The position numbers were made by a program, and so were the translations under genes. Below the pieces are notes generated by a model that saw nothing but the letters and a program-made list of their open reading frames with translations, was not told the DNA's origin and did not search any database. A stretch of DNA of 64,000 bases from a virus. Taxonomy: Duplodnaviria > Caudoviricetes. Positions 28,405 to 38,261 of the stretch are shown here, one piece after another (within the stretch, counting starts at the first letter, position 1; every line of letters starts with the position of its first letter). The DNA lies in the IMG/VR virus record IMGVR_UViG_3300025154_001556, one strand, 5' to 3'.

Positions 28405-28935
28405 TTAGAACGGCCCTCCCATAAGATAAGGCACTGTATCAGTAGATGTTCTGTAATGCGCATGTACTGTGCCGGAAGCCACTGGGCTGCTCCAATCTGA
28501 GGCGTCATCAGATTTAATTTTAGTTATTACATAGTCTGTTTTATTTAATGGGACATTGCGTGCTGTTTGTGATGCGGTAGGTGTAGCATTCAATCTTAGG
28601 ACATCTTCTACTGATATGTTGTAATGTCTTGTGTTATTTACAATATTATATATGTTTTGTTCGTTTACTAATATTTCTTCACTCGATGTTAGAAAACCAG
28701 AACACGTAGCATAGCATATAAATATGCCCGCCTCATCTATGGAAACGGCTGTTTTATATAAACCAGCTTCTACCGTAGATTCAATCAGTGTACCATTTAT
28801 AGGAGGTATTAAGGCACTATCATCAATGCGACGCACGTCATAGTACACAGTTTCGCCTGATGCCAAACTGCTGTCTTCCTCATTAAATAAAGATACTAAT
28901 ATAGGAAAGTTTTCGCCAACATTAGCCCTGATCAT
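28405..28935 (-). CDS. Hypothetical virion protein
   Basis: 176 aa, coupled to neighbours. Confidence 0.45.
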   Translation of the reverse strand: MIRANVGENFPILVSLFNEEDSSLASGETVYYDVRRIDDSALIPPINGTLIESTVEAGLYKTAVSIDEAGIFICYATCSGFLTSSEEILVNEQNIYNIVNNTRHYNISVEDVLRLNATPTASQTARNVPLNKTDYVITKIKSDDASDWSSPVASGTVHAHYRTSTDTVPYLMGGPF

Positions 28936-28944
28936 TTAAAGTCC

Positions 28945-29520
28945 TTAGTCCTTTTTCCAAACCACTTCAAATATAGATTCTAATAAGTCATCTGGTAATA
29001 TAAGTTTATCGATTGGTTTACTTGAGTATTTTGGATGCTCATAACATGTGTCAATAAATTCTGTGCATGACATCTCTTTTTCATCATTAAAATTAAATTC
29101 ATAATCATACCCTATATCTTTATATAGACAGTTAAATGCGTTTTTAATTGCGGTTACTGCTTTATTATTGTCAGGACAACGTAATATACATATGTCGTCA
29201 CAGCGTAAAAAAGTTAATATATCTTCCTTGTTTATGCCTTGCCCCAACATGTGGATAACATAGCCATCTCCAACATACAGGGCCGCGTGAGACCAGTATC
29301 CTGGAATTAAGATACTACCTAAGTAGTGATCATACCTTCTTAAAAGAACATCTCCTGGTTCAAGTACATTTAATACATAACGTGTATCTGGTCCTTTTAT
29401 ACTGTAAGAAGAATTACCAAAAAGTACAAACCCTCCTGCATATACACGTATATCAGAAAACCAAGCAATCAATGTGTTTTTAATTTTGTAAAAAATAGTT
29501 GAAAGTGTCATACTTATCAC
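28945..29520 (-). CDS. Permuted papain-like amidase (YaeF/YiiX, peptidase C92 family)
   Basis: LEPGDVLL, GYWSHAALYVG (His), GYDYEF, MSCTEF (Cys) in the permuted His-before-Cys order. Confidence 0.85.
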   Translation of the reverse strand: MISMTLSTIFYKIKNTLIAWFSDIRVYAGGFVLFGNSSYSIKGPDTRYVLNVLEPGDVLLRRYDHYLGSILIPGYWSHAALYVGDGYVIHMLGQGINKEDILTFLRCDDICILRCPDNNKAVTAIKNAFNCLYKDIGYDYEFNFNDEKEMSCTEFIDTCYEHPKYSSKPIDKLILPDDLLESIFEVVWKKD

Positions 29521-29526
29521 CTTTTA

Positions 29527-30513
29527 TTATATGGAGCGTGCTCTATGCATACATAATATACTTGCCATTGACCAGTTATGATCTCCTGATATAGCCATAT
29601 TAGTGTCGGCTGTTACTTTTAATCTCATACCACTACCTACTTGATCAGTATCTGAGGAATTTAAAGCTATAAAACCATTTGATAATAGTGGTACTTTATT
29701 TATAAATCTGGCTAAGGTTACTTCTACTGTAAACATATTGTACCTACCATTACCATAAGGGGCGGGGGTGATGTTTTCGTAACGTTTGGTTACAGTATTC
29801 CAAGTAGCATCCCAGAAAGCTACTGGGGCGTTGTGTTGGTCATCGTCTGGTACATAAACTAAACCACCTGTGTGTGTGGTTATATCTGATGTAATTGCTA
29901 CTGTACCATTACCGGCGGCGGGGACTATTAAATAACCACCATATAAATTATAGTTAGTATTTGTTCCAACAGTGGTTGTTGTAACTCTTGGTACCACTTC
30001 CAGTGTTATTGTATCTAATAAAGCATCTTTCCATGTAATATAACCTTCATGTAACCATGTTTCATTTTCTACAATATTGAAATCTACATAAATAGGATCA
30101 GGGTCTGGATCACCAACAATATGATTAACAACTATTGGTGTACCGCCACCAACAAGTCGTGGATTTGTTGTATCATCACCTTCCCCAGTCCAATAAATGG
30201 CTGTACCTAATTTTCTTGAAGTTTGATGCACCCTTAATTTACCGGATAGGTCTCTATACTCATCTACTATACTTACATTAGAAAATTCTCCTAAACAATA
30301 CTTTATACCTTCAGTAGTAGGGAAAGTAGTCACACCGTTACTTACAGCAATGTCACCAACAGCTACTTTGGCCACCAATACTTCTGATTGTGCTACCTCA
30401 CGATCTGTTAAATAATCTGTAATAGTGGTAGTACTAGATGCTGGTATATTAAATCCACGTACATCTAATTCTATATCTTCTGTTGTAGTATTAGTTAATA
30501 TTATAGTAGTCAT
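29527..30513 (-). CDS. Hypothetical virion protein
   Basis: 328 aa, Thr/Gly-rich beta protein in the structural cluster. Confidence 0.5.
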   Translation of the reverse strand: MTTIILTNTTTEDIELDVRGFNIPASSTTTITDYLTDREVAQSEVLVAKVAVGDIAVSNGVTTFPTTEGIKYCLGEFSNVSIVDEYRDLSGKLRVHQTSRKLGTAIYWTGEGDDTTNPRLVGGGTPIVVNHIVGDPDPDPIYVDFNIVENETWLHEGYITWKDALLDTITLEVVPRVTTTTVGTNTNYNLYGGYLIVPAAGNGTVAITSDITTHTGGLVYVPDDDQHNAPVAFWDATWNTVTKRYENITPAPYGNGRYNMFTVEVTLARFINKVPLLSNGFIALNSSDTDQVGSGMRLKVTADTNMAISGDHNWSMASILCMHRARSI

Positions 30514-31010
30514 ATATCATATCTCCAAGCAGTTTCTACACGACATACAGTGTTAATAATAGCTGATGAACTTTTAGAAACATACACTTGTATTTTGTCG
30601 GTCGGTTCTATATTTAAATTCAAATCATTAATTAAAAATGTCCTATCAGCATTACCGTTATAACTAAAAGTATATATAGTAGCAGTATTTTTCTTTAACG
30701 CAAATTCTGTATAAGCATCTCCGGACTTACTTCTACAAAATATACCAAGTACAGTTGATGGCCTATTTGGCATGTACACATCATCTGTGTCATCTAAATC
30801 ACCTAATAAAGGTAAGTAAACACCTTTTGCGGCGCCTTTTCTTGCGTACTCAAATACCGGCTTTTCAGCAGATAACCATTTAGTTCTAACCACATCATAA
30901 CAATAAGTTATATTTGTGATTGGATCAATCCATAACATATCTCCTATTAAAGGCTGCCCCCCATAGGCTACCAGGCCTTTTGTATGCCTTTGGAAAATAC
31001 CCTTAGCCAT
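30510..31010 (-). CDS. Hypothetical virion protein
   Basis: 166 aa, overlapping stop/start with neighbour. Confidence 0.45.
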   Translation of the reverse strand: MAKGIFQRHTKGLVAYGGQPLIGDMLWIDPITNITYCYDVVRTKWLSAEKPVFEYARKGAAKGVYLPLLGDLDDTDDVYMPNRPSTVLGIFCRSKSGDAYTEFALKKNTATIYTFSYNGNADRTFLINDLNLNIEPTDKIQVYVSKSSSAIINTVCRVETAWRYDI

Positions 31011-31011
31011 T

Positions 31012-32973
31012 CTATATTACCTCCGTCAATATATCGAATGTTAGTAACAGTAAAATAGCGTCATTAACCATAGTATCAGCAGCGTCTGTGCTATCCCTGT
31101 ATATTCTAAAACTAACTGCGGCGTCTCTACTCAAAGGGCTATTAGCATCATTATAAGGTATATAAGAGACACATTTTAAAAAAGTGTCGGCCGAAGCATT
31201 GTCAGGTAGAGGCTTGTTTAGTACAACTGTTGAAATGGGTTTATTTTCTACTACATCTAAATCATTAAATACTTGGTACTCTAATGCCCATCTACAAGAT
31301 GTTGCACCTGTCTGAGAGTAGTCATTAAAAAAGCTTATTTTCATTAATATATCGGTGTTCCTTTTCCAATTAGACGGTATTTCAAAAGAACCATACATAG
31401 ACTCTTCTACGGTATCATCATAAGCTAATCCTGTTATAGGACATCCAGAGGCAGTAGTCTTATGTGGGAAATTGGTTATCCCTTCTGTTAAACTTCCGGC
31501 TCTAAATATCAGACTATACATATTATCCGCCGTGGATTTGGATATGCAACATGTTTCCGCGCCGGAAGAAAAATCTAACACTAATTTACCAAAATCAAGG
31601 TATCTTAGGTACATATCATTATCAACATTGTTTAATTGTACTGAAGGTGAAGCACTCCACTCTCTACCTAAGCCTTCTGTTTTAGGTCTATTCCAGTAAG
31701 TTACAGCAGCAGAATTAGCACCATAGTAAACATCAGAAGTTCCGAAAGCATCAAGATTCCACATCATAGCAGAAACAAAGCCGAAATTAAACAATTCTTG
31801 CCCATTACTATTACTGTTATCTATAATACCTACGGCCGCCATATTGACCCCGTATTCATATCTTTTTATGTTGGCTTTTGAACCTCTTGCTGCCCAATCA
31901 GTTTTAGATTCATAACCAGCAGTAGAGGTATAAGAAGCGGTGTTTATAGGAAAGCTTTCTAGAAGACACCAATCACTGGATGTAAGATTAGAGGTACCAG
32001 AAGTAGTATTATAGATAGTATTAGGATAGTTTGGATCATTATCGATACCTAAAATATGATCTAAGTTCCAAGTATTTACAAAACATAATTTAGAGTAGGT
32101 TTTATTATGAACATAGTCTATTCTGGTGTTCAACGCATCTCTGGTTACACCGTAGTCATACCCGGCCTCATCTATGAATATACCATCAATATTTAATAAA
32201 TCCCAATTATCTGTTTTGGTTTGAAATACAGAAAGATCTTGGTTAGCCGTCACATAACCAAAAATTTGAATCCTTGGATTTAATGCTTTAACTCTTGGTA
32301 TTATTATTTGGGTATTTGAATAGTCACCATGGGTGGGGGTTTGTATTCCATCTCCTAAAACAATATAATTGTATTTAGCTATATCCTGGGCCACTTTTTC
32401 GTTTGTCCAAGAATTGGCGGCAGAGTTAAATGAACTTAACCACCCGTAGTATACAAGTAAATCCATAGGACTAGGATAAGTCCAGCTTTTTATGTATTCA
32501 GTATACCAACCATCTTCTGACAAGGCAGTATTAAGAGAGGATAGATTATCAGCGTGATCTTGTAATATACCATTAGGGCCTAAAATGGGTTGATGCTCTG
32601 CCACATATAAAGGACTGTCTGTATCATTGTATAAATCTCTTCTATTGATCAGTACTTGCATAGGAATAAAAGTACCAGATACACCAGTATAGGGATCTAC
32701 CACGATGGCGGTATCGGTTACAAAATATTCTAAGTCGCCTATAAATTCTACTATTGGTTGCCCCAGGTGGTTATCAACCACAGTGTCTAAAACAGTCTTA
32801 CTAGCAGTGGATAAAGCTTCTTGATAGCATATATGTAAATCAGTGGGTTCATTAAATGAAAGACAGTCTAATGTACCACTAATATTAGTAGCTTGAGATA
32901 ACTCGTAATGAAGAGCGCCTAAATCTACCGGTGATTTTGTATAAGAATACTCTTGCATTAACTTACTCTCCAA
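31012..32973 (-). CDS. Virion protein with TIM-barrel glycoside-hydrolase-like domain (GH114/GH135/TM1410-like)
   Basis: 653 aa; YIVLGDG, IFGYVT, IDGIFIDEAGYDYG, FVNTW, WCLLESF pattern of (beta/alpha)8 polysaccharide hydrolases. Confidence 0.55.
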   Translation of the reverse strand: MESKLMQEYSYTKSPVDLGALHYELSQATNISGTLDCLSFNEPTDLHICYQEALSTASKTVLDTVVDNHLGQPIVEFIGDLEYFVTDTAIVVDPYTGVSGTFIPMQVLINRRDLYNDTDSPLYVAEHQPILGPNGILQDHADNLSSLNTALSEDGWYTEYIKSWTYPSPMDLLVYYGWLSSFNSAANSWTNEKVAQDIAKYNYIVLGDGIQTPTHGDYSNTQIIIPRVKALNPRIQIFGYVTANQDLSVFQTKTDNWDLLNIDGIFIDEAGYDYGVTRDALNTRIDYVHNKTYSKLCFVNTWNLDHILGIDNDPNYPNTIYNTTSGTSNLTSSDWCLLESFPINTASYTSTAGYESKTDWAARGSKANIKRYEYGVNMAAVGIIDNSNSNGQELFNFGFVSAMMWNLDAFGTSDVYYGANSAAVTYWNRPKTEGLGREWSASPSVQLNNVDNDMYLRYLDFGKLVLDFSSGAETCCISKSTADNMYSLIFRAGSLTEGITNFPHKTTASGCPITGLAYDDTVEESMYGSFEIPSNWKRNTDILMKISFFNDYSQTGATSCRWALEYQVFNDLDVVENKPISTVVLNKPLPDNASADTFLKCVSYIPYNDANSPLSRDAAVSFRIYRDSTDAADTMVNDAILLLLTFDILTEVI

Positions 32974-33602
32974 ATGTCAATCATCGCGTTTTTTATATAA
33001 GCAACCGTAGATCCCACAGTACTTCTATAATTTATGGCTATTGTTAAAGCTTGTGTTGTGGGTAAATTACCATACATAAAACCAGAAACAAGTCCATAGT
33101 AATTTTGTTTTATCGGGGATTGGGCTTGATCAAATATTACCTGATTTATGCTTGTGCCTGTTACAGTTACTTGTGCATTGTATTCAGTGGAAGTTTTATT
33201 TTGAGCCCATTGATAACTAAAACCTACTCTATAATCACCTGCGGGCAAAGTTTCAGTGGTTAGAGTAAGTTTGTTTTGCCAAGCAGTGCTGGTAGTCGAA
33301 CTAACAGCGTCAGATATAGCATCGCTAAAATTTGAACCGAAATTTATGTTATTAATATCTGTATATTCTAAACCAGTTTCATCGGATTTTACTACAAGAT
33401 ATTTGCCTGCTTGATTTGTATAAGTTGCTGGAGTGTCTATAAGACTTATAAAAGACATGTTGTCAATTCTTTCAGTTAATTCTCCAGAAACTGTGGTTAT
33501 TTTATTATGTATTGTTCCTGATACTACATCATTAGCAAATTCTTGCTCAGATAAAAAGTCATAGTCATCTACTTGTTCTTCTCTTATCTTACTCCTGGCC
33601 AT
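32958..33602 (-). CDS. Hypothetical fibre-like virion protein
   Basis: 214 aa; FISLIDTPATYTNQAGKYLVVKSDETGLEY is a linker seen in phage fibre proteins. Confidence 0.45.
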   Translation of the reverse strand: MARSKIREEQVDDYDFLSEQEFANDVVSGTIHNKITTVSGELTERIDNMSFISLIDTPATYTNQAGKYLVVKSDETGLEYTDINNINFGSNFSDAISDAVSSTTSTAWQNKLTLTTETLPAGDYRVGFSYQWAQNKTSTEYNAQVTVTGTSINQVIFDQAQSPIKQNYYGLVSGFMYGNLPTTQALTIAINYRSTVGSTVAYIKNAMIDIWRVS

Positions 33603-33871
33603 TATTGATAAACCTCATAATGTGCTTTTAACACGTCAGTTACGTCAGGAACAATGACTGTGAAAGTTATTTGTGTGTCTGTATTTTCTACAAAATCGTC
33701 TGGGCTATACAATGATTGTCCATTGTAATCTATTATTATCTTACCAGCTTTAAAAGAGGAGGGTGTGCTAAAAGTTTTATTAATGCCGTTCTGAGCACCT
33801 ATAAGTAGTTCAGCAAGCTTAATATAAGAAGTCTTTTTTACTTTTCTAAGAACTATCATAGTAAACTCCAA
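33602..33871 (-). CDS. Hypothetical small virion protein
   Basis: About 89 aa; GINKTFSTP..YNGQ..DDFVENTDTQITF beta-domain pattern. Confidence 0.45.
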   Translation of the reverse strand: MEFTMIVLRKVKKTSYIKLAELLIGAQNGINKTFSTPSSFKAGKIIIDYNGQSLYSPDDFVENTDTQITFTVIVPDVTDVLKAHYEVYQ

Positions 33872-33873
33872 TT

Positions 33874-33907
33874 AATAGAAGGGGTTAAAATAGCACATTT
33901 TAACCCC
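33874..33907 (-). terminator. Rho-independent terminator
   Basis: GGGGTTAAAAT-GTGCT-ATTTTAACCCC followed by TTCTATT. Confidence 0.65.
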
Positions 33908-33933
33908 AACATAATAAGAACCATGGATAAGCA

Positions 33934-34320
33934 TTATTCGCCAGAATTATCTAATTCTTCTTCGTACATAATGTCATCAACATTTTTAGATATAGTAGAC
34001 TCTGGTACTGTATCAATATTGTCTTCTATAACTACTCCGCGCAATTTAAGCATAGTAGCTTGACGTGCTTTATCTCGTTCGGCGGCGCGTATAATACTAT
34101 CCACCAGGTCAACAATTATTTTTTCGTTAGCTCTTAGCTGTCCAAGCTCACCTTGTAGCAAACTGAGCTGTCTTTGTTTCTTTTCAATTTCTTGCCTAAA
34201 ACGTTCAATCAAAGTTACTACAAAACCAGCCTCAGATCGTGACATCAGTTTTTCTTCTTCTGCTTTCATCATAACTTTACGAAGTCTGTTTCTCTCATCT
34301 CTATCCTGTACACCTTCCAT
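33934..34320 (-). CDS. Hypothetical coiled-coil protein
   Basis: 128 aa; AAGGAG RBS. Confidence 0.55.
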   Translation of the reverse strand: MEGVQDRDERNRLRKVMMKAEEEKLMSRSEAGFVVTLIERFRQEIEKKQRQLSLLQGELGQLRANEKIIVDLVDSIIRAAERDKARQATMLKLRGVVIEDNIDTVPESTISKNVDDIMYEEELDNSGE

Positions 34321-34351
34321 AATAAATCTCCTTTATTCCGTTTGTATTAAT

Positions 34352-34378
34352 TATGAAAGAGGGGCTTACGCCCCTCCT
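34352..34378 (-). terminator. Rho-independent terminator
   Basis: GGAGGGGC-GTAA-GCCCCTCT followed by TTCAT after the 501 aa gene. Confidence 0.6.
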
Positions 34379-34390
34379 TATTTTACACTA

Positions 34391-35896
34391 TTACTGTTTA
34401 ACTACATAAGTAATATTTCTACCTGGTTGTATATTAAATCTGAAAGTTATACTTGTAGTAGAAGTCTCAGCATAGTCACGATCGGCATTAACACCAGCAG
34501 CGCCAGTGTCTGCGGCGAGCAACTGACCGTCAACATATACATCCATATTAGCACCTTCCTGGCCGGCAGTAGACACCGGTGTGTAGGTTATACTATAAGG
34601 CAGGGCGTGTGCTGTATTAGAATCAATTTGTGTACCAACAGATTCTACGTATTTAGCACCTGATGTAGCATCAAGAGACCCTTGGATAGTATTGATGGCG
34701 TCATCTAATGTGCTGATAGCATCCACCAGATTAGAACCATCTGCTACGTAATAATTGTTAGCGAAGTCAACTGTACCTGAAGAGGTAGCACCAACAGCAC
34801 CCTGTAGATCTGATATGTCACCATTAATAGTAGATATAGAGGTATTAATACCACCAATATCTGATACGATGCCTGAAATATCACCATCATTGGATATAAT
34901 AGCTTCACTCAAAGCGTCCAAAGAAACTGTAATATCCTCACCGTCAGTAAGGTAAGTAGCTGACGTATAAGTTGCATCACCGATACCTGTATTTAAAGCA
35001 TCAATAGCTGATTTTAAACTGGTGGGTGAGGCATTTAACAGATAGTTACCTGTAATGCTATCCCAAGGTGTAGCACTACCATCATTATCCGTGGCGCCGG
35101 TGAATGTCCAAATATTGTGAATGTCTTCAACCAGCTCAACATCGCCTTCCCAAGAGCTAACAAAGTCTGTACGCAGCCACTCATACTCCGACATTTCTGA
35201 CATTAGTTTACGGTAAGGATACACGAAAGCTACAGCTGCGGGAACAGCCCCTTCCAAAGTAGATAGGTCTGTAGCAACACCGTTAGCATAAAATTTGGCA
35301 TAAACATCAGTACCGGTACCTGTACCGCCGAAATCAGCACCATCATGGAACTTAGCATAAATAGTATTACCGCTAGCATCCTTCATTTCATTGCCGGTAT
35401 CCAGATTAATAACGTCAACTCTAACTACTCTGTCAAGACCACCCTCGTCAAAGTAACTACCAGTATTAGCTGTACTAGCAAAAATAGGTAGACCACGTCT
35501 GTCAGTAGGCGTAGCGTAGGCTGTAGTTGCGGAGATAAGTGCGCCGGCAGTAGTGCCTGATACGGTGTAACCAGCACCAGAATTGTCATCTGATACGGCT
35601 AAAATTACTGTCTTAGCATCTAGGGTGTTGTTTTTGATATTGGTAAGGTTAAGATCTTTATTGGCAGCGCTTCCAGCGTCGGTATTAGACGGGTCAAAGT
35701 AGTTGCCCAAATCACCAAACCAATCCGAAGTACCTTTTAGTTCTTTTACCAAGGTACGCATAACGTTTAAATCTTGTTCCAGTGAACCTGATACAGTGGG
35801 CTCGGCAACACCCGATGTATACACACTGGCTACAGCATCATCATAAGTCGCTGAACGTCGAATTTGTTCTAATTGTCTAAGTAAACTTCTAGCCAT
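34391..35896 (-). CDS. Virion structural protein (whisker/fibritin-like, coiled-coil plus beta domains)
   Basis: 501 aa, acidic and G/T/D-rich with heptad segments (ISGIVSDIGGINTSISTINGDISDL); GGAGG RBS. Confidence 0.5.
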   Translation of the reverse strand: MARSLLRQLEQIRRSATYDDAVASVYTSGVAEPTVSGSLEQDLNVMRTLVKELKGTSDWFGDLGNYFDPSNTDAGSAANKDLNLTNIKNNTLDAKTVILAVSDDNSGAGYTVSGTTAGALISATTAYATPTDRRGLPIFASTANTGSYFDEGGLDRVVRVDVINLDTGNEMKDASGNTIYAKFHDGADFGGTGTGTDVYAKFYANGVATDLSTLEGAVPAAVAFVYPYRKLMSEMSEYEWLRTDFVSSWEGDVELVEDIHNIWTFTGATDNDGSATPWDSITGNYLLNASPTSLKSAIDALNTGIGDATYTSATYLTDGEDITVSLDALSEAIISNDGDISGIVSDIGGINTSISTINGDISDLQGAVGATSSGTVDFANNYYVADGSNLVDAISTLDDAINTIQGSLDATSGAKYVESVGTQIDSNTAHALPYSITYTPVSTAGQEGANMDVYVDGQLLAADTGAAGVNADRDYAETSTTSITFRFNIQPGRNITYVVKQ

Positions 35897-35972
35897 AATA
35901 GGTTTCCTCCAAAATTGTGTAAATTGTTAGACGCCAGCGTAGATTAGTTCAAAAACCTAGTAGAATTTTATG

Positions 35973-36479
35973 CTACCTGGCTATTTTTAGTTCTGTAATG
36001 CGCTTTCTCAAAATACGACAAAGACTGTCTTTGTTTGATAAAGAAGAAGCTTGTTGAAGAGCATACTGTAAAAGTTTTACATCTGTTAGTTGTGGCATCA
36101 TATCTCTTGCCTTTCTAACTGGAAGTCCTACTAAGTCAGAGACCGATATCCCTTTGGGCACTATTGGAGTTACATGGTCTGTTTTTCTACTACTAACTTT
36201 ACTTTCTTCATTTTTTGCTGCACCTTCCACAGTATTGTTTACTTCAACCGCTACTTCTGGGGTGACTCTTGTTCCGTCATCATAAACTATTTTCCATCTG
36301 TTAGGATCACGTAATTTTATAGATTTAAGCCACTCTATAAAAGGCGCACCTTCCTCTATTGCATGCTTCTTGCCGTACTGTATGTACAGCTCGTCCAATT
36401 CAATCTTACCACCAGGCCTAATAGCACGCTTCATAGCGTGGGCCCACCCAGATGTAATGTTTTGTATATAACCAATCAT
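35973..36479 (-). CDS. Hypothetical protein
   Basis: 168 aa; AGGAG RBS. Confidence 0.55.
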   Translation of the reverse strand: MIGYIQNITSGWAHAMKRAIRPGGKIELDELYIQYGKKHAIEEGAPFIEWLKSIKLRDPNRWKIVYDDGTRVTPEVAVEVNNTVEGAAKNEESKVSSRKTDHVTPIVPKGISVSDLVGLPVRKARDMMPQLTDVKLLQYALQQASSLSNKDSLCRILRKRITELKIAR

Positions 36480-36545
36480 AATAATCTCCTTTTCTTTTTT
36501 AGTTTACCTTTTCCTGTAGTTTACCTTAATGCTAATTGTACTTAT

Positions 36546-36869
36546 TTACTTCACTCCCCACAGCCTATCTATACTAAAATGTATTATGTTTGATAGCCTA
36601 TGAAAAATTAAAATCGTTGGTAATATTAAAAGTATACTTGGTAAATACCCATATAAAACCAAATAAAAAAATAGTGTAGAAAACATACTTACCCAAACCG
36701 ACAAACAATAAGGGCAATCAAGGACAGAGTGTATAAAATTAAAAACTTTTTTACTTTTCTTATTAAAAACCCATTCTCTTACAGGAGAAAAAAATTCTGA
36801 TTTACTTACTAATTCAGTAGTTGCTTCTATCGATAATGGTATAAGTATAAAAAATAGTATATAATACAC
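36546..36869 (-). CDS. DUF1360-like membrane protein
   Basis: 107 aa hydrophobic protein with LDCPYCLSVWVS motif. Confidence 0.6.
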   Translation of the reverse strand: MYYILFFILIPLSIEATTELVSKSEFFSPVREWVFNKKSKKVFNFIHSVLDCPYCLSVWVSMFSTLFFYLVLYGYLPSILLILPTILIFHRLSNIIHFSIDRLWGVK

Positions 36870-36911
36870 AAGGCCACATATAAGTATAAGGTTAATTAAA
36901 GTTATTTATAT

Positions 36912-36936
36912 TCTATATATAGATAGGTTACTTAAT
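36912..36936 (-). promoter_or_regulatory. Second copy of candidate late promoter motif ATTAAGTAACCTATCTATATATAG
   Basis: About 19 of 24 positions identical to the copy at 21841-21865; a weaker copy TTAATTAACCTTATAC lies at about 36883-36898. Confidence 0.45.
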
Positions 36937-37058
36937 TGTACAGATATAAGATGTAAAACATTGTATTTTAACATATTACTAATTTTATAACCAACCACTT
37001 ACAATTATTACATGCTTTTTGTTTGGAACTTTTGAGATAAAATGTATGCTTATACATA

Positions 37059-37103
37059 AAATAAAAATACCCTACACAGCACTAGTTAATGGCTGTGTAG
37101 GGT
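37059..37103 (-). terminator. Rho-independent terminator after the major capsid gene
   Basis: Perfect 12-bp stem ACCCTACACAGC / GCTGTGTAGGGT (37069-37080 / 37092-37103) followed by ATTTTTATTTT on the minus strand. Confidence 0.8.
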
Positions 37104-37124
37104 GTGTAAAACAATTATAGCATA

Positions 37125-38195
37125 TTACAGGGAACGGTCAATTATACCCATGCCCAACATACGGCTATCGAGACACGCGAATCCAAGCTCTGCCCAACCA
37201 AAAAAGCCTTGTTTTTGCTGGCGAAGTAAAACAGGATCTTCAATTGCCTCAAACTCTTTTCTAACAGGCATTACAAGAGAATCATTTACAGACATATCAA
37301 AGCCATAAATCTGAGTCTCTCCAAGAGTAGCTATTGTACCATCAGCTGCGGTAATATTACCGTGCTCTAATGTGTAGGAATTGTACTGGTTGCTGCTATC
37401 AGCAGTAAACTTGCCGTAAGCAGACGTATTGTCGTTGATATTGTAAAGACCGGTAGCGCCAAGATGTTGAATTTCATGCATTACAACACCCCAAATCTGA
37501 CCCATACCAGCTACCTGGAAGATTTCTCTTCGGGTTATCGGATCAATATCGGTATCAGTCCATTCACGGATATCAGCTGCATCTTCTGGGCTGATATAAA
37601 GGTCTGTGAGTTTACGACCAGTACGTTTAAAACCAGTAATCATTTTATTGATAAGTTCTTTTGATAGATAACCAGCACCAGTTGACCCAGGGGATATCTC
37701 GTAAATAGGTGCCGGTCTAGAACCAAGCAGACCCTTACCTGAAAAAGAAGATGTTGCTGCAGGTACTATTACCCGCCAACCACTTTCTTCTTCATAGTTA
37801 GCTAAGTCTTTAGCTACACGTGCAGCAGCACGTTGCGGAATATCTATACGTGAGTCTCTGGCATAGGTGATTTTCCAATCAGCCGAAGAGGCGATAGTAA
37901 AAGTAGGTATGTTTACTTCTTCACCGATACCTTCGATGAAGTTTTGGGCAACATAACCAAGACCTGGGAGAACCCAAACAGGTATCTCAAAATCTTCAGC
38001 TACTGGGTATACAGCCTGTGCACCTGGCCCGAGGCGTTCAACAGTAAATAACTGTCGCATAACCGACTCCAACTCAATCTTTTGCAAAATAGGTACAGTC
38101 AAAGCGGCGGCGAATGCCCTATAAGCGGCCAAACCTTCTGGGGTCTGCACATTAGCTGTGGCCTTAAAAAGTTCTTGCATTTCATGTTTTTCCAT
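37125..38195 (-). CDS. Major capsid protein (HK97-like fold)
   Basis: 356 aa; AFAAALTVPILQKI, IPTFTIASS..YARDSRIDIPQRA..LANYEE, RQQKQGFFGWAELGF; follows scaffold and cement genes; strong terminator. Confidence 0.8.
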   Translation of the reverse strand: MEKHEMQELFKATANVQTPEGLAAYRAFAAALTVPILQKIELESVMRQLFTVERLGPGAQAVYPVAEDFEIPVWVLPGLGYVAQNFIEGIGEEVNIPTFTIASSADWKITYARDSRIDIPQRAAARVAKDLANYEEESGWRVIVPAATSSFSGKGLLGSRPAPIYEISPGSTGAGYLSKELINKMITGFKRTGRKLTDLYISPEDAADIREWTDTDIDPITRREIFQVAGMGQIWGVVMHEIQHLGATGLYNINDNTSAYGKFTADSSNQYNSYTLEHGNITAADGTIATLGETQIYGFDMSVNDSLVMPVRKEFEAIEDPVLLRQQKQGFFGWAELGFACLDSRMLGMGIIDRSL

Positions 38196-38261
38196 GATTT
38201 ATTTGCTCCTTTAAATATTTATTTTCGGAAGTATTAATTTACTTTAATCCGATTTAACTTA

